Positions 19,265-27,442 of a stretch of DNA of 52,209 nt are shown in pieces; the first letter of the stretch is position 1, and every line of letters begins with the position of its first letter. A program made the position numbers and the translations under genes. The notes under the pieces were generated by a model. That model was not told where the DNA came from, did no database searches, and saw only the letters and a program-made list of their open reading frames with translations. The DNA is from Candidatus Woesearchaeota archaeon (GTDB lineage Archaea; Nanobdellota; Nanobdellia; Woesearchaeales; UBA11576). The DNA is taken from contig JAFGJH010000044.1 in the NCBI GenBank assembly GCA_016929255.1, forward strand, positions 1 to 52,209, given 5' to 3'.

Positions 19265-21481
19265 TTATCCCAGCCCTCCCCCTATTATGTTTCCCGCTAT
19301 CATGTTGAACAGCAGCATGACGCCGAGGGAAAGGATGCAGTACATTATCGTGCTCCTCTTCATGTTTATGCCTATCTCATATTCTTCTGCCAGTTTGTCG
19401 AAGCCGTTCTCTATTCCGTTCACGAGTATGGTCAGTATGTAGACTATCTGCACGACATAGAACCCTACGATGATCTGGAAGTAGAAAGTGGGCATGCCGT
19501 CGCCGAAGAGCTGTGTGAGACCGACCGCGCCTACAGCCCCCGCCTGTGATGCCGCGCTCTCGCTCTGGAGTGTCTTGAGCTGGTCTCCCAGCTTGACAAG
19601 TATGGTGGTGACCATGGAGGTTATGCCTATGACTATGCCTGATATCACAGGTGTCAGGAACTTTATCTGTGACTTCATGGATGATATCGTGTCTGCCATG
19701 AGGTCTTTGAGCCTCTCTTCGACGCTGTGCATCTCCTTGATGTACCTTGAGACGTTTATCAGCGCCTGTGCTGCGACCAGTGGGCCTTTCTTGGCGCTTT
19801 CTATCAGGACCTTCATCGAGGTCTCTATCAGGTCCGAAGGGTAATGGAGTATCGCTCCTCTTTGAGGGTCGAATATTGCCTGCTCGATGCTCATGCCGAG
19901 CTTTGTTATGTTCTGCGAGACCGAGGCGAAGAACTGCCCTGAGTATGTGTCAGGTATAGCGTTGGCCACCTTTGCGAATGCTATCTCTGCTGGGAAGCCG
20001 TCGCCGAGCCTGTTTCCGAGCTGGAAGAGCGCGGATGCGAACTCTCCCTCGAGCTTCTTTGTCTCGTCCCTTATCTTGAGCACGTTCTTTGTCCTGACAT
20101 TGTAGTATATACCTACGGAAAGGCCTACTGCGAGCGGCATGAATGAGCTCAGCAGCGCCGCGCCGAGCCCGAACGGACCTATCATTCCCAGCTCGGGTTT
20201 TGTTGATTCCCTGTATCCTATGAGGTAGAACTTGCCGTCATCGTTGACATATGTGTCTATCATTGCTATCTCGCCGCCGTTTGTTATGATTATGTCCCAG
20301 CCTGGCACGAGTATATGGATTATCAGCGGCAGGAATGCTATGAAGAGGCATATTATCGCGACTATGATGCTGACGTATATTGGGTTGATCTCGATGTCTG
20401 TCGCTCCGGCCTTTATCACGAAGTTCCTGTATTTTCTCAGTTCAGGGTTCTTTGATATGTCTATGTTGCCGTACCCTGTCGGCCTCTGCGAGAGTATCTG
20501 TTTTCCGAGGTAATAGACTGATGCGGGAAGTATTATGTTGTACAGTGTGGCGAGGTGGTACCATGCCACCCCTTCCATGAAGCTCACCACAAGCGGCAGG
20601 ATGACCAGCCCCAGTATGGGCAGGATTATCCCCAGCATGTGGAGCATGGTGATGGGTGACTTGAGGCTGTGCGCATAGTGGAGCATCTTCTCATATGTCT
20701 CCTGGAGTATCACGTCGAGCGACTTGTCGAGCATCGCCACCCTCGCGGTCTCGTCACCTTCTAGCAGGCTCCCTTCCACCAGGTGCATGGACTCTATGAA
20801 TTCCATGTTCCATTTTCTCCACGATTCAAGGTATGCGTCCAGGCTCTCTTTCACTGTGGAGTATTTCTCTGTCTCGAGATTCCATATTATCCTCTTGAAG
20901 TCCAGCGAGAGCGGGGGTGAGAGGTGCTCTGCTGCGAAGTCTATCGCCAGTTCCAGGTTGGAGGTGTGCCTCATGTACGTGACTATATAGAATATGGAGA
21001 GGACCATCTGGTTGGATGCCTTCATCCTCCAGCTGTTGGCCAGGAAGTGCGGCCAGTTGCCGAGCGGGAATATGAGTATCGCGCCTGATATGAGGAAGAA
21101 AGCTGGGAAAAAGATGCCTCCGCTGGTGAGGATGAATGACACCAGGACTCCGAGAACGATGTATGCCAGGGGGAACATCAGTGAGAATGTGTAGGTCCCT
21201 GTCGGTGTCGCGTTGAGATGGCAGACATCTATTGATTCCTGCAGGAGGGCTGCCTTCTTCTTGTCAGGGACCATCTTGAAGAGTTTCTCTGACTGGTTGC
21301 AGGCCTTTTCGTACCAGGACATGTGCTTGGGCAGGTACTCCTGCTTGAAATCAGAGTACTCCCTGGACCTGATCACGCCGATGCTCTGGAGTTCCTCGTC
21401 GCCGGGTGTCAGGTTTACCTCTAGCTGTGTCTTGTACTTGGCCAGCAGCTTCTCCATCTCTTCCTTTGTTATCTCTGGCAT
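19265..21481 (-). CDS. Type II secretion F / TadC / ArlJ-like membrane platform protein (two T2SSF-like halves)
   Basis: Multiple TM pairs; helical cytoplasmic domains with FASALFQLGNRLGDGFPAEIAF and LGMSIEQAI. Confidence 0.7.
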   Translation of the reverse strand: MPEITKEEMEKLLAKYKTQLEVNLTPGDEELQSIGVIRSREYSDFKQEYLPKHMSWYEKACNQSEKLFKMVPDKKKAALLQESIDVCHLNATPTGTYTFSLMFPLAYIVLGVLVSFILTSGGIFFPAFFLISGAILIFPLGNWPHFLANSWRMKASNQMVLSIFYIVTYMRHTSNLELAIDFAAEHLSPPLSLDFKRIIWNLETEKYSTVKESLDAYLESWRKWNMEFIESMHLVEGSLLEGDETARVAMLDKSLDVILQETYEKMLHYAHSLKSPITMLHMLGIILPILGLVILPLVVSFMEGVAWYHLATLYNIILPASVYYLGKQILSQRPTGYGNIDISKNPELRKYRNFVIKAGATDIEINPIYVSIIVAIICLFIAFLPLIIHILVPGWDIIITNGGEIAMIDTYVNDDGKFYLIGYRESTKPELGMIGPFGLGAALLSSFMPLAVGLSVGIYYNVRTKNVLKIRDETKKLEGEFASALFQLGNRLGDGFPAEIAFAKVANAIPDTYSGQFFASVSQNITKLGMSIEQAIFDPQRGAILHYPSDLIETSMKVLIESAKKGPLVAAQALINVSRYIKEMHSVEERLKDLMADTISSMKSQIKFLTPVISGIVIGITSMVTTILVKLGDQLKTLQSESAASQAGAVGAVGLTQLFGDGMPTFYFQIIVGFYVVQIVYILTILVNGIENGFDKLAEEYEIGINMKRSTIMYCILSLGVMLLFNMIAGNIIGGGLG

Positions 21482-21537
21482 TACCTCTTTTTACCTCTTT
21501 TTTTTGAAAAATTTGGCAATTAAATGTTAGTTCGTGT

Positions 21538-22044
21538 TCATTCTCCCATCATGCTCCAGAACTTTTCAGCGCCGTGGAGTATTATGCAGTCCTTGTAGTA
21601 GTGCCTGTTCCGCAGCAGGTGCGTCCTGTTCATCACGCTCCTGTTCCTGAATGCTGAAAAGTCCACGCCGGCTATCCTTTCCGGCACTATGAGTATTATC
21701 TTGTTGTTCTTGATGAGCGCAGAGTGCACATTATCCTTGGCCTGCTCTATCTTCTCAAGTATCTTGGAGGAATGCGGGTTCTTGGCAGCCCACTCTGCTG
21801 CTTTGCGCGATTCTATTGTCGAGAGGTATGATAGCGCAAGCGGCTGCTTCAGGTCGAGCCTGCAGACAGAGACATTCCCTATTTTCTGTATCTTTATGGC
21901 TCCTTCCTTTGCGAGCGCGCCTACGGATGTGTGCGCGTGAGAATAAGCCACCCCCAATTTCTTTGCGATGTCTGAGACCGAGTACAGCTCAGCTGCGTCT
22001 TTAGACAGAAGTTCTATTATCCTGTACTTTAGAGTTACTGCCAT
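21538..22044 (-). CDS. Winged-helix transcription regulator
   Basis: SVSDIAKKLGVAYSHAHTSVGALAKEGAIKIQKIG. Confidence 0.75.
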   Translation of the reverse strand: MAVTLKYRIIELLSKDAAELYSVSDIAKKLGVAYSHAHTSVGALAKEGAIKIQKIGNVSVCRLDLKQPLALSYLSTIESRKAAEWAAKNPHSSKILEKIEQAKDNVHSALIKNNKIILIVPERIAGVDFSAFRNRSVMNRTHLLRNRHYYKDCIILHGAEKFWSMMGE

Positions 22045-22140
22045 ACCGATCAATGTAATTAAATGATTGGGGGTGTATGCGCCCTTGCCGGGCGCGTGGT
22101 ATGTAGGGGGTTAAACCGTTCAGGAGGTAAAGCCTGCTTG

Positions 22141-22240
22141 TTTAAATAGTTATCTATTCTAAAGATGTATTTATCTAAAAAATAATAATAAAAATCTTTA
22201 TTATTCTATATTTCTATCTAAATAATAGATATATTTAATT
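22141..22240. promoter_or_regulatory. AT-rich control region with tatcta repeats and a palindrome
   Basis: tatcta at 22151, 22172 and 22215; tatcta-aataa-tagata inverted repeat. Confidence 0.4.
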
Positions 22241-22285
22241 TTTGTGGTTCTTGGCCAAGAGACTATATAGGTGAAGAAAAAAGGT

Positions 22286-23758
22286 TTATTGGCCCTTGAG
22301 CTCTTTTTCAAGCCTTTGCAGCCTGCTGTCCACATATCCCAACTGTCCTTTCTCGCTCAGGAAATGAAGCGCTGCATCGTTCTCCCTGACCTGCTTGGCC
22401 ACAGACTCGGCCGTTTTCTGAAGCTTTATGGAGATATCTTCAGGCACCTTGCCGTCTCTCTGGGGTATGCCTGTCACACAGAAGTATGCCAACGTGATGC
22501 CGCTGTCGTTCGTGATCGGCAATATTGAGTATTCGCCTGAAGAAGGGTCTCTTCCGCCATGTCTTTCATGCGGATTCCTTGAGATAGCTCTCCTTAGGAT
22601 TGCCATGGCGTGCGCATTATCTTTCGCAGAGATGTAGTCTGTCCTGTTTTCAGGGGCGATTTTTTCAAGGTAGGGTTTTGAGAGGATTATTACTGCATCC
22701 TCAAGTCCGTACTCTGTCTGTATGTTTCTCACCCTTGCAGCCAGTCCTTTTATATCCTGGTTTGCGGCTTGCTCCAGCCTGGCTGCGTATCCCTGCACAA
22801 GATTATAGAAACTCCTGAATCCTGATAGTGTCATCATAAGTTCTCCACGGCCTTTCTCAAGCGCTTTCTTCAGTTCTGCGATCTTGATTTCCCTCTCCCG
22901 GAGGTCTAGCTCTTTCCTCCTGACCGTTTCGTACGCCTGCGAGTTCTCAGTATTGAGCCTTCTTGCCTCTTCCAGCTGTGCTCTTATCTCTGCAGACCCG
23001 GCCATTATGCCTTTGATCTCATCTTCTTTCGCGTATAATGCACTTAACTTTTCGTCTGCCTCTTTTCCTGCCTTTTCTATCTTCTTGTAGATGTCTCCGC
23101 CCAGGACCTGGTCCTGCAGTATCCTCATTATCAGGTTGAATGCCCTGTCTTCAGGCATGCCGCTGTTGACGGCATCCCTGAAAAGTAAGCTTCTTCGTGC
23201 TGCGTCAGCAGTCGAGGAGTTTTTCTTGGCTTCCTGTGCGACTCTCTGATAGAAGTCTGCAGGGTCTCTTTGAGGAAGGGATATTGAAGGCATGCCGAGA
23301 AGGGTCTTTTGCTGTTCCTCTTCTTTTTCTCTGAGCTCGGCTATTGTCCTCTCAAGTCCTCCTATCTTCTCTTGTGCCATGCGCATCTGCTCCTGGTACA
23401 TCTCTGATGCAGCCTGGAGCGCCTCTTGGTGCTGGTCATCGTTCCTTCTTGCCTCTTCCCTGAGTCCTGCTATCACTCTGTCCCTTTCGTCCAGAGCTAC
23501 GCGCATGGCTGTAAGGTTCACGAATGGGTCGTCTATCCTTGCGCCGTGTTCGGCCTCGCTGCCAATGCCTGGAGAAGTGTGCGGCGAAAAGTCATCAGGG
23601 ACAGGAACATAGTCTGCTTGCGCAGGTTGCGCTTTTTCCTGTGATGTTCCGGTTTGCGGCTGGTGCTTTGGAGATACTGCTGGCATCTGCAGGGTTACCA
23701 CTTTGCCATCCCTTCGGAGACCCCTTTCAGGGTCTTTTTTAGAATCATCAGCTGTCAT
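22286..23758 (-). CDS. Coiled-coil protein with disordered N-terminus and possible C-terminal GAF-like fold
   Basis: Pro/Gln-rich N-terminus; long E/K/Q/R heptads; SILPITNDSGITLAYFCV...LQKTAESVAKQV. Confidence 0.7.
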   Translation of the reverse strand: MTADDSKKDPERGLRRDGKVVTLQMPAVSPKHQPQTGTSQEKAQPAQADYVPVPDDFSPHTSPGIGSEAEHGARIDDPFVNLTAMRVALDERDRVIAGLREEARRNDDQHQEALQAASEMYQEQMRMAQEKIGGLERTIAELREKEEEQQKTLLGMPSISLPQRDPADFYQRVAQEAKKNSSTADAARRSLLFRDAVNSGMPEDRAFNLIMRILQDQVLGGDIYKKIEKAGKEADEKLSALYAKEDEIKGIMAGSAEIRAQLEEARRLNTENSQAYETVRRKELDLREREIKIAELKKALEKGRGELMMTLSGFRSFYNLVQGYAARLEQAANQDIKGLAARVRNIQTEYGLEDAVIILSKPYLEKIAPENRTDYISAKDNAHAMAILRRAISRNPHERHGGRDPSSGEYSILPITNDSGITLAYFCVTGIPQRDGKVPEDISIKLQKTAESVAKQVRENDAALHFLSEKGQLGYVDSRLQRLEKELKGQ

Positions 23759-23871
23759 TTATATAGCATCCCCCGCCCTGTTTAGGAGTAAGAAGTGGTT
23801 TATATATTTTGTGCTGTTTTGCCACTCAAAAATGGTTAATGATGGTCCGGAATTCAGCGTTTATAGGGGCT

Positions 23872-24201
23872 TTATGCTCTGTTAAGACATTTTTTCTTAT
23901 CAAAGTATGCCTTGACCTTTGGTATGATGTGCGGTGATGCTGCGGGCCCCAGTGCATAGTATATCTTCTCTGCCTCTGGTCCCCAGGAGTATGTTCCTTT
24001 CTCCTTCTTGATGTCCTTCACGACAAACTCATTGGTTGAGACCCCTTTCTTGAGATGGTAATACACCGAGCGCATCGTCACCAGGGGGAACACAGAGACA
24101 TAATGCTTGTAGATGTCATAGGCATATCCGTCCCCTAAGAAATACAGTATCTCCACGATGTTCTGCCTTATCATCGACTTGAGTGGACGTCCTCGTTTCA
24201 T
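23872..24201 (-). CDS. PadR-like winged-helix protein
   Basis: MKRGRP...GYAYDIYKHY...VTMRSVYYHLKKG...KIYYAL; BRE/TATA gaaaagctttttaag ~25 nt upstream. The ORF-track extension to 24480 is probably non-coding. Confidence 0.75.
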   Translation of the reverse strand: MKRGRPLKSMIRQNIVEILYFLGDGYAYDIYKHYVSVFPLVTMRSVYYHLKKGVSTNEFVVKDIKKEKGTYSWGPEAEKIYYALGPAASPHIIPKVKAYFDKKKCLNRA

Positions 24202-24255
24202 GAAAGCAGAAAAAGAAACAGGTTGCTTAAAAAGCTTTTCAAACCAGGCAAACCA

Positions 24256-24431
24256 GGGAGTTATTGAAAAGTTAGGCGTCACCACCGCCAATTTGCGGAG
24301 CGACTTTCGGTGAAATGATCCTTCGCGGAGGGGGATGTCCCTTACGGGGAGGTGCCGTATATCAGTAGATGAAGTGGGAGCGTAGCCTGGCGTGGTGATG
24401 CCCGAGCGAAGCGAGCTTTTCAATAACGCCC
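24256..24431 (+). ncRNA. Candidate structured ncRNA / element E2 (176 nt nested hairpin)
   Basis: Outer stem gggagttattgaaaagt/gcttttcaataacgccc; inner stem ggcgtcaccac-c-gcca/tggc-gtggtgatgcc; internal hairpins tcc-ttcgc-gga and tccc-ttacg-ggga; G-U pairs favour the + strand. Confidence 0.5.
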
Positions 24432-24440
24432 GAATCCTGT

Positions 24441-25379
24441 TCACGGCAGCGTCCTGAACCTTGTGTTCAGGAGTATCCACTCCCCCAACAGCAGCAGGAC
24501 CCCTACGACCAGGAATATGAGCCTGAGTGAGTAAGGTATGTTCTGTTCAGAAAGGGTTACGATCTCCTGGAATGCCGCTGCCATCTGTGCCTTGTCTCCT
24601 ACCTTGTAGAACCTTCCGCCCGTGTTGTCGGATATCCTTCTTAGTGTCGCCTCATCGATCGTGGAGAGCAGCTGGGTCAGCTCGAATGACCCTCCTTTCT
24701 CCGTCGCTATGCCTATCGTGTGCACGATGACGTGGTTCTTCGCCGCGTAGTTTATGCCCTCTTCTATGGGGCCTCCGGATGTGTGCTGCCCGTCTGTTAG
24801 CAGGACTACAGCCATTGACTTGTCGTATTCGGTGAGGAGGATGTTGACTGAGTTCATTATCGCAGAGGATATGTCCGTGCCTCCGGTGCTGCTTATCTTG
24901 AGGTTGTCGACAGCTTCATTGACTCTCCCCTTGTCGTTGCTGAGCGCTGTCTCCACCTTTGATACGCCCGAGAATGACACCACCCCTATCTTCACCTCCG
25001 CGTTCAGGGAGTCGGCGAAGCCTTTCGCGTTCTCTTTTGCGACCTCGAGCCGGTTGGGTGTGAAGTCGTTTGCCAGCATGCTGCTGGAGGCGTCGATAGT
25101 GACGACATAGTTGAAGTCAGAGCCGGGCCCTTTGGTCCAGACAGTCATTCCTGCCGCGGACAGTGTCAGGAAGAGCATGATGAGTATCCTCACTACAAGG
25201 AGTGTTATGTTCTTTGAGAGCACCACCGCCCCCGTGACCCTCTTCAATGCCTCGAAATTGGCGAACAGGATTGCCCTTCTCTGCGTGTACTTCATGAGGA
25301 AGAAGTGCAGGGCCGCCATTATGGGGATGGCGAATAGGAACCACAGGAACTGTATGTTGAGGAATGTTATGTCAGCCAC
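24441..25379 (-). CDS. BatA-like vWA domain membrane protein
   Basis: N-terminal BatA-type FLNIQFLWFLFAIP and second TM; MIDAS DASSSM, GGTDI, LLTDG, TIGI; C-terminal TM. Confidence 0.9.
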   Translation of the reverse strand: MADITFLNIQFLWFLFAIPIMAALHFFLMKYTQRRAILFANFEALKRVTGAVVLSKNITLLVVRILIMLFLTLSAAGMTVWTKGPGSDFNYVVTIDASSSMLANDFTPNRLEVAKENAKGFADSLNAEVKIGVVSFSGVSKVETALSNDKGRVNEAVDNLKISSTGGTDISSAIMNSVNILLTEYDKSMAVVLLTDGQHTSGGPIEEGINYAAKNHVIVHTIGIATEKGGSFELTQLLSTIDEATLRRISDNTGGRFYKVGDKAQMAAAFQEIVTLSEQNIPYSLRLIFLVVGVLLLLGEWILLNTRFRTLP

Positions 25380-26268
25380 TTGCCCACCTCATCGCCCTCT
25401 GCTTGAAGAATGTGAATATTATCTTGCTGAACGGCTGGTTTGTCATGATGAACATGTATTCTACCTGCAGTTCCTTGAGGAGGTTGGAGAGCTGCTGGTC
25501 CTGATCGTGCGCCAGCCTTTCGTACGCCTCCTTCACTACCTTCGTGTCGATGAGCAGGCTTTCTCCTGTGAAAGGGTCCTGCACGAAGACCTGGCCGACT
25601 TCTGCGGGCATGGCCACATCACGCGGGTCTTTGACGACGAAGACTATCACTTCATGCTTGACTGCCATGAGCTTGAATTTCTCGTACCAGTTTCCCTTGA
25701 GTCCTATGAAGTCCGATATCAGTATTATTATTGAGGGTCTTGTCATCATCGCGTTGAAGTCGTGTAGCGCTTTCTCGAAATCCATCTGTCCCTCGTACAT
25801 CGCCGGGTTGGTGAGCGTCTTGAGCATTATGTAGAACTGCTTGTTGCCGATGTTCGGCTGTATCGACGTGACAATCTTGTCCGAGAATAGGGTCAGGCCT
25901 ACGGAGTCTCCCCCGCTGAGCAGAGAGTGTGCCATGGATGCGAACATCTCTATGACATATTCGTTCTTCAGGCTTTCTATGGATCCGAAGGACATGCTGC
26001 TGCTCACGTCTATAAGGAACATTATGTTGTTGTTCCTCTCCTCCACGAGCTCCTTGACCACGAGATACCTGGACCTCATCGAGGCTTTCCAGTCTATGTT
26101 CTTGGCGTCATCCTCTGCCGGGTTGTAGTTCCTGTAGCCGTGGAACTCCAGACCTCTTCCTTTCAGGACCGAGCGGAATTCGCCGCTGAGGAAGCCGGAG
26201 ATGCCTTTCTTTGAGACTATCTCAAGCTTCTTGATGAGCGGATTAACGTCGACTTTGAATTCCTTCAT
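25372..26268 (-). CDS. DUF58 family vWA-like protein
   Basis: GRGLEFHGYRNY, IDWKAS, VKELVEER, IDVSSSM, ILISDF. Confidence 0.92.
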   Translation of the reverse strand: MKEFKVDVNPLIKKLEIVSKKGISGFLSGEFRSVLKGRGLEFHGYRNYNPAEDDAKNIDWKASMRSRYLVVKELVEERNNNIMFLIDVSSSMSFGSIESLKNEYVIEMFASMAHSLLSGGDSVGLTLFSDKIVTSIQPNIGNKQFYIMLKTLTNPAMYEGQMDFEKALHDFNAMMTRPSIIILISDFIGLKGNWYEKFKLMAVKHEVIVFVVKDPRDVAMPAEVGQVFVQDPFTGESLLIDTKVVKEAYERLAHDQDQQLSNLLKELQVEYMFIMTNQPFSKIIFTFFKQRAMRWASG

Positions 26269-26284
26269 TTTGGACCGTGGGGTT

Positions 26285-27325
26285 TTATGGCACAGGGATC
26301 TTCTGGAGAATTTCAGTGATTATCTGCTCCGTGGTCACGCTTTCTGCCTGCGCTTCGTATGAGAGGAGCAGCCTGTGCCTTAGCACGTCATAAGCGACTT
26401 CTTTCACGTCTTCAGGGATGACGAATGTCCTTCCGCGGAGTATGGCGTTCGACTTTGCGGCTATGAACAGGCCTATTGAGCCTCTTGGGGACGCTCCCCA
26501 CTCGATGTAGTGCGCCTGCTTCAGCTTGTATTTGTCAGGGTATCTTGTGGCGTCTATTATGGTGACGAGATATTTCTCTATCTTTGGGGATAGGTATGCC
26601 AGCTTTGTGGCATCCTGCATGGCGACAATCACGTCCGGGGAGAAAATCGGCTTGACGTCGAAATGCTCGAATTTGTGGATGGTCATGTTTTTGTTGAGTA
26701 TCTCTATCTCATCCTCTTTGGTTGGATATCCTACCATCAGCTTGAACAGGAATCGGTCGACCTGCGCTTCGGGCAGCGGATATGTTCCTACCTGCTCGAG
26801 CGGGTTCTGCGTCGCCATGACGAAGAAAGGCACCGGCAGCTGGAGGGTCTCATGCCCGATGGTGACCTGTTTCTCCTGCATGCACTCTAGGAGCGCTGAC
26901 TGTACCTTTGGCGGCGCCCTGTTTATCTCGTCTGCGAGGATGAAGTTCGCGAACACAGGGCCTTTTATGATGTAGAATCCTTTCTCTTTCTGGTATGATG
27001 TGAGTCCTGTTATGTCTGAAGGCAGCAGGTCCGGCGTGAACTGGATCCTTGCGAATGAGCAGCCCATGGTCTGCGAAACTGTCCTTACCATGAGCGTCTT
27101 GGCTATCCCCGGGACCCCCTCAAAGAGCAGGTGGCCGTTGGCGAATATGGCCCTGAACACGCTGTCGATGACGCTTTCCTGCCCTATGACTATCTTTCCT
27201 ATCTCCTCTTTGGCATCCTTGATCAGCTTATGGTATTCCTTGATCTTTCCTTCCAGGGCCTTTATCTCTTCTTTTGATATTCCAGTATCCCCTGTGTCCT
27301 GTTTACTGCTATTGAAAAGCGCCAT
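26285..27325 (-). CDS. moxR: MoxR-family AAA+ ATPase
   Basis: [68 protein letters not shown]. Confidence 0.96.
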   Translation of the reverse strand: MALFNSSKQDTGDTGISKEEIKALEGKIKEYHKLIKDAKEEIGKIVIGQESVIDSVFRAIFANGHLLFEGVPGIAKTLMVRTVSQTMGCSFARIQFTPDLLPSDITGLTSYQKEKGFYIIKGPVFANFILADEINRAPPKVQSALLECMQEKQVTIGHETLQLPVPFFVMATQNPLEQVGTYPLPEAQVDRFLFKLMVGYPTKEDEIEILNKNMTIHKFEHFDVKPIFSPDVIVAMQDATKLAYLSPKIEKYLVTIIDATRYPDKYKLKQAHYIEWGASPRGSIGLFIAAKSNAILRGRTFVIPEDVKEVAYDVLRHRLLLSYEAQAESVTTEQIITEILQKIPVP

Positions 27326-27403
27326 GTTGTGAAATCACCTCTTTTTGGTTTAAAAACTTATATTAGCACTCTTAAATGGTATATGTTTGATGTGTATCAT
27401 TGC

Positions 27404-27442
27404 TCATTATTCATTCATTATTCATTTATTATTCATTCATTC
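27404..27442. repeat. 11-bp tandem repeat (tcattattcat x ~3.5)
   Basis: tcattattcat tcattattcat ttattattcat tcattc, overlapping the stop of the upstream gene. Confidence 0.6.

Noticed and set aside
22079-22095. GC hairpin gcgccc-ttgcc-gggcgc upstream of the wHTH gene
   Set aside because: Single 6-bp stem with no match to the other elements; insufficient support
24256-24431. 5S rRNA, SRP RNA or RNase P RNA
   Set aside because: No CCGAAC loop, SRP helix-8 motif or GAGGAAAGUCC seen on either strand
8-24431. Hairpin elements as integron attC sites or SECIS elements
   Set aside because: No RYYYAAC...GTTRRRY in the required orientation, no integrase, adjacent genes include housekeeping topA, and no in-frame UGA selenoprotein candidates
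24202-24480. N-terminal extension of the 202-aa ORF
   Set aside because: Overlaps the structured element and a clear BRE/TATA; a better start is ATG 24201
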